Below, piece after piece: positions 60,355-64,000 of a DNA stretch of 64,000 nt. The position numbers were made by a program, and so were the translations under genes. The DNA comes from Pavona decussata (taxonomy: Eukaryota): assembly GCA_977016875.1 (NCBI GenBank), contig CDRNST010000171.1, positions 248,001 through 312,000 on the forward strand, given 5' to 3'. A model generated the notes under the pieces. It made no database searches and was not told the origin of the DNA. It worked only from the letters and a program-made list of their open reading frames with translations. Each line of letters begins with the position of its first letter. Position 1 is the first letter of the stretch.

Positions 60355-61473
60355 ATAACCATATCAAGAGTAATTTCAATCGGTTTTATTTATCACTGGT
60401 TTTTCCTTAATGTCCTATTTTATTTTCGGCCATTTCAAATATCAGGTGTTAAACTAAGACTTTTCCTTCTATCCCTCCTTCCCTTCTGTTTAGATTCTGC
60501 TTATACAATCGCTTTACAACCTCTCGGAATATCAATCGCGAACTCAAAGCTAAGAACTACGCTACTAATCCCTTGTCGGATTCTTTTTTACATATCTGTC
60601 TGTTTACAGATTTACATCACCGCGAGGCATTTTTGTAAAAGACCTGCAATTAAGCAGTTGAAGTTGATTTTACTGTTTCTTATTCCCTGCGTTTTAACGA
60701 ATGTTACGGCGGATCTGATTGCTGACTTCGTCTACCCAGCTTATACAAGACAAGATAAAAACGGCAAAGTTATAATTGCGATATTTGCACCTCTCATCAC
60801 AGTTTTCCTCAAAGGAGCATCACGTATTTGTGTTCAGCGGTCGTGGTGCCGAATCAGCCATCCGGGAACTTCTTTCGTGCTCCTGGTTCCACTGTACTAT
60901 GAGTCAGCAGTAATGGTGCGACTTTTACAAGTGGATCTGCAGAGTTTGGAATCCGTTGCACTGATCGGAGTGATTCATGGGATTGCAGAAGTCATTGAAC
61001 GTAGCAGCATGGTTCTGATAGACCATTTTTATAATCAAGTCTTGGAAAAGAGAGGAATTCCTTTGGGAGGTTTTCGTACTCCTCGTCGAGAGAGACTTGC
61101 GACTGACATCTGTATTATGAGTATGTTGTGTGAATCAAGTGCGGTGATATCCGTCAACGGCTTACTGCATTTATATCAGTATTTTTACACAAGTGACAAT
61201 TCTCCTCCTCAGCTGCTTCAATCATTTGTCATCACCACCTCAGTGCCACTTGTTATTGAATGGCTTTTCACTAGTGTCTCTATAGCTATTGAAACTCGCT
61301 ATCAGAACATGCCAATAATGGCGGTCTGGCGCAAACAATGGAAAAGGCACATTATTGTAGCGACGATAAATTTAACAATAATCTCCATTTGGTCAGCTTC
61401 CTATCTTTTGACGGGAGTACAAGAACGTTTCACCAACATATTTCAAGATCACTGCAAAATGCCATTCACCTGA
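59851..61473 (+). CDS. Array copy 16: orphan ~11-TM protein, 540 aa (subtype D)
   Basis: Intact ORF. Confidence 0.9.
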   Translation: MFAHTIAEFFGHILFSFTRSVAEHYNFNEDENLSHLFGYNALEDTGKEWYCQPVDEVIYQEYSNSKATAMDYLTRSRLNASLIDACSTEDNEETEETLEDTAMAWKQFRPAIFRTVSSSLYFGFFISVLSATILGIISVLVYYLSYETVLNCKDHYKLDSIPIKLQWVITISRVISIGFIYHWFFLNVLFYFRPFQISGVKLRLFLLSLLPFCLDSAYTIALQPLGISIANSKLRTTLLIPCRILFYISVCLQIYITARHFCKRPAIKQLKLILLFLIPCVLTNVTADLIADFVYPAYTRQDKNGKVIIAIFAPLITVFLKGASRICVQRSWCRISHPGTSFVLLVPLYYESAVMVRLLQVDLQSLESVALIGVIHGIAEVIERSSMVLIDHFYNQVLEKRGIPLGGFRTPRRERLATDICIMSMLCESSAVISVNGLLHLYQYFYTSDNSPPQLLQSFVITTSVPLVIEWLFTSVSIAIETRYQNMPIMAVWRKQWKRHIIVATINLTIISIWSASYLLTGVQERFTNIFQDHCKMPFT

Positions 61474-62844
61474 GTCCCTTCGTTGAATTAGAGCAACATT
61501 TGATGGTACCACGCCAGGGAAGGCCACACGACCCAGTTTCCTCTAACACAAAGAAGCTCGGAGTATTAATTTCCACCAGTTAATACGGATAACGGAAACT
61601 TCAGTTTTCTGTGATCTGAGTGGGACGCTCTCGTACAAAGTAAACCTCGCTTTGCGGACAGTGCTTATCTGCAAACTGTATAAATTGTTTAATATTCATT
61701 CCCTCTGACCGAATTAGAAACAAAGAATGTCAGAGGAAAGCGAAGTCACGGACTATTTTAAATGATTAAATTGCGAGTCGCCTTTCAAACACTGAGCAAA
61801 CAGTTATTTTATTGCGAGAATAATGGCTTGAATGATCGTAAGCGTTTTCAGTTAAATCATTAATCATTGTTCTGTTGCTATCAAATTGTATTCTTTGGGG
61901 CCTCCAGAGACGATGCAAATTGTTATCGACGACTATTTTCAACCGACAACTTAATAGAATCGACAAGTATAAGTGTTCGAAAATGCGTTTCAACACACCA
62001 AAGGTTTAGTTGTCGATCACCTGTATGGTTTGAGGGAGCCAGGAAACTTCCTTGTAATGCGCATGTGTACATCGTGCACGAAGACTCTAGTAATCGATGA
62101 CTTACTAATACACGGGAGAAAGGTGTCGATAACAAAACTGCCGCGATTGTTATAGACAACTAAAGTAGTTTTCATTTTGAAAAGGACAAATCCCTTGTTA
62201 TCGACGACTTTTCACCATTTGTAGTCGATGACTTGATTCACACACGAGATGTTTTGTCATCGATAACTTTAGGTTATCGACAACTAAAAGGTTACTGATG
62301 CCGTTTGCCTCGTCTGTCCAAGCTCCTAGTATTAGCTTTTTGTTGATAAAAACATAATAAAAAAAAAAAAAACGTGTTTCTGACGTTTTTTCTGAGAGCC
62401 CGTTTACTACGGAAACCCGGCTAATACGGAGACTTTTGCGTGTCCCTTTTGTGTTCAATTAACCAGGTTTGTGATCGCAAAACCAAGCTGAAACGATCAA
62501 TGTCTTCCTTCGAGTTCGCAAATAGCATGCCTTCGTTATACTCTCGCTCTATTTAAATACTATATTTCCTATATAGCCTTCAGATTCTGCCGGACGCAGT
62601 AATGTTACCATCGGTATCATCTCTTTTTCGCTGAATGTTTGAAATACGGCCAGAACAAACCATTGTTGATTAAGAGAAAAAATTTTTATTTAATCAAAAA
62701 ATGTCTGTTTTCAAGGGTAAGAAACGGTTCTGCATAGACGTCATTATAACTCGTGTTAATAAATTTTCTCAACTCCAAGTTTCGACCTAGATCAGTTTCG
62801 CACCATGTGCTGACGGAAATTAAAACATAACTGAAAGACTGACA

Positions 62845-63510
62845 TTAAAAGGAGCATCACGTATTTGTGTTCAGCGTTTATGGTGTCGAATCAGCCATCC
62901 GGGAACTTCTTTCGTGCTGTTGGTCCCGCTGTATTGTGGGTCAGCGATAGTGCTTAGAGTTTTACAAGTGGATCTTCAGAGTTTGGAATCCATTGCACTT
63001 ATCGGAGTGATTCATGGGATTGCAGAGGTCATTGAACGCAGCAGCATGGTTCTGATAGACCATTTTTATAATCAAGTCTTGGAAAAGAGAAGAATTCCTT
63101 TGGGAGGTTTCCGCACCCCTCGTCGAGAAAGACTTACGGCTGACATCTGCATTATGAGCATGTTGTATGAATCAAGTGCGGTGTTATCCGTCAACGGCTT
63201 TCTGCATTTATATCAGTATTTTTATACAAGTGACAATTCTCCTCTTCAGCTCCTTCAGTCATTTGCCATCACCACCTCAGTTCCACTTGTTATTGAGTGG
63301 TTTTTTACCAGTGTATCTATAGCTATTGAAACTTGCTATCAGAACATGCCAATAATGGCGGTCTGGAGAAAACAATGGAGAAGGCATATTATCGTGGCAG
63401 AGGTAAATATGGTTATAATCTCCGTTTGGTCAAGTTACGGTCTTTTAACGGCTGTACAAGAACGTTTTAAAGACAAATTTCAAGACCACTGCGAGATGCC
63501 ATTCAGCTGA
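62845..63510 (+). pseudogene. Array copy 17: 3' ~40% of a subtype B-like gene, starting at KGASR
   Basis: ttaaaaggagcatcacg is fused to upstream-region sequence; open to TGA at 63510; B-type 3' flank follows. Confidence 0.85.
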
Positions 63511-64000
63511 GATGCTTAGGACTCATTTCAGTTAGCGCGCAACCGGCAACCTCGGGAACGAGGATGAGCGCGGAATAGCGGACTGACCTGAGAGAAAATG
63601 GTTTTTTCTTGCGTAAATCAACTTTCAAACAATAGCAGAAGTCTCAAGGTAACTGCACGAGTTCTTTCAGCTCGTTAAATCCGTTCGTTAAATCCGCGGC
63701 CGGTTAAGCTTCAGTTGGTTTTTCTATGATCGGAAACGACGGAAGTATCGCTGAGAATGTACACTTGCTTGATTACAAGTGATTATTTCTATCTGATATG
63801 GTTGTAGAGTTGTTAGGATAGCTTAACGTTCTGCAACCGATGTAAATTTTCCATGTTTGCGCTCACTCCTTCCACCTCGGTCCTCCAGACCGGGAATATA
63901 CGCTAAGCGCTGCAGTTTTTATCAGCAGAGGTTGCCACATTGATCTGTCTACAACTCAGGACTGGTCAACCAAACGAACTTTGTAAAGCTTTATCTCGGG

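Overview
AT-rich eukaryotic DNA with no operons, rRNA or tRNA. The repeat families resemble those I recall from stony-coral (cnidarian) genomes, which is an inference. The window is dominated by an array of 17 copies of one intronless gene for an unrecognised ~537-540 aa multi-pass membrane protein (about 11 predicted TM helices): 10 intact, 2 with a single 1-bp frameshift and 5 fragments. The copies have a near-invariant Tyr/acidic N-terminus and TM6-TM10 core but variable TM2-TM5 and TM11, with patchwork variant sharing that suggests gene conversion. The array was built by a ~29.2 kb-offset segmental duplication, a ~7.9 kb tandem duplication, a fold-back palindrome centred at ~58.3 kb and a multi-template-switch junction at ~32.35 kb that appears to split one gene into halves 30 kb apart. 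Mobile elements include a full-length hAT nested in a non-autonomous hAT (both with 8-bp TSDs), a decayed Crypton-like tyrosine recombinase element, a MULE-like element with 9-bp TSDs (3 copies), a Penelope GIY-YIG fragment, MITEs, a 106-bp minisatellite and a probable transposon excision footprint.
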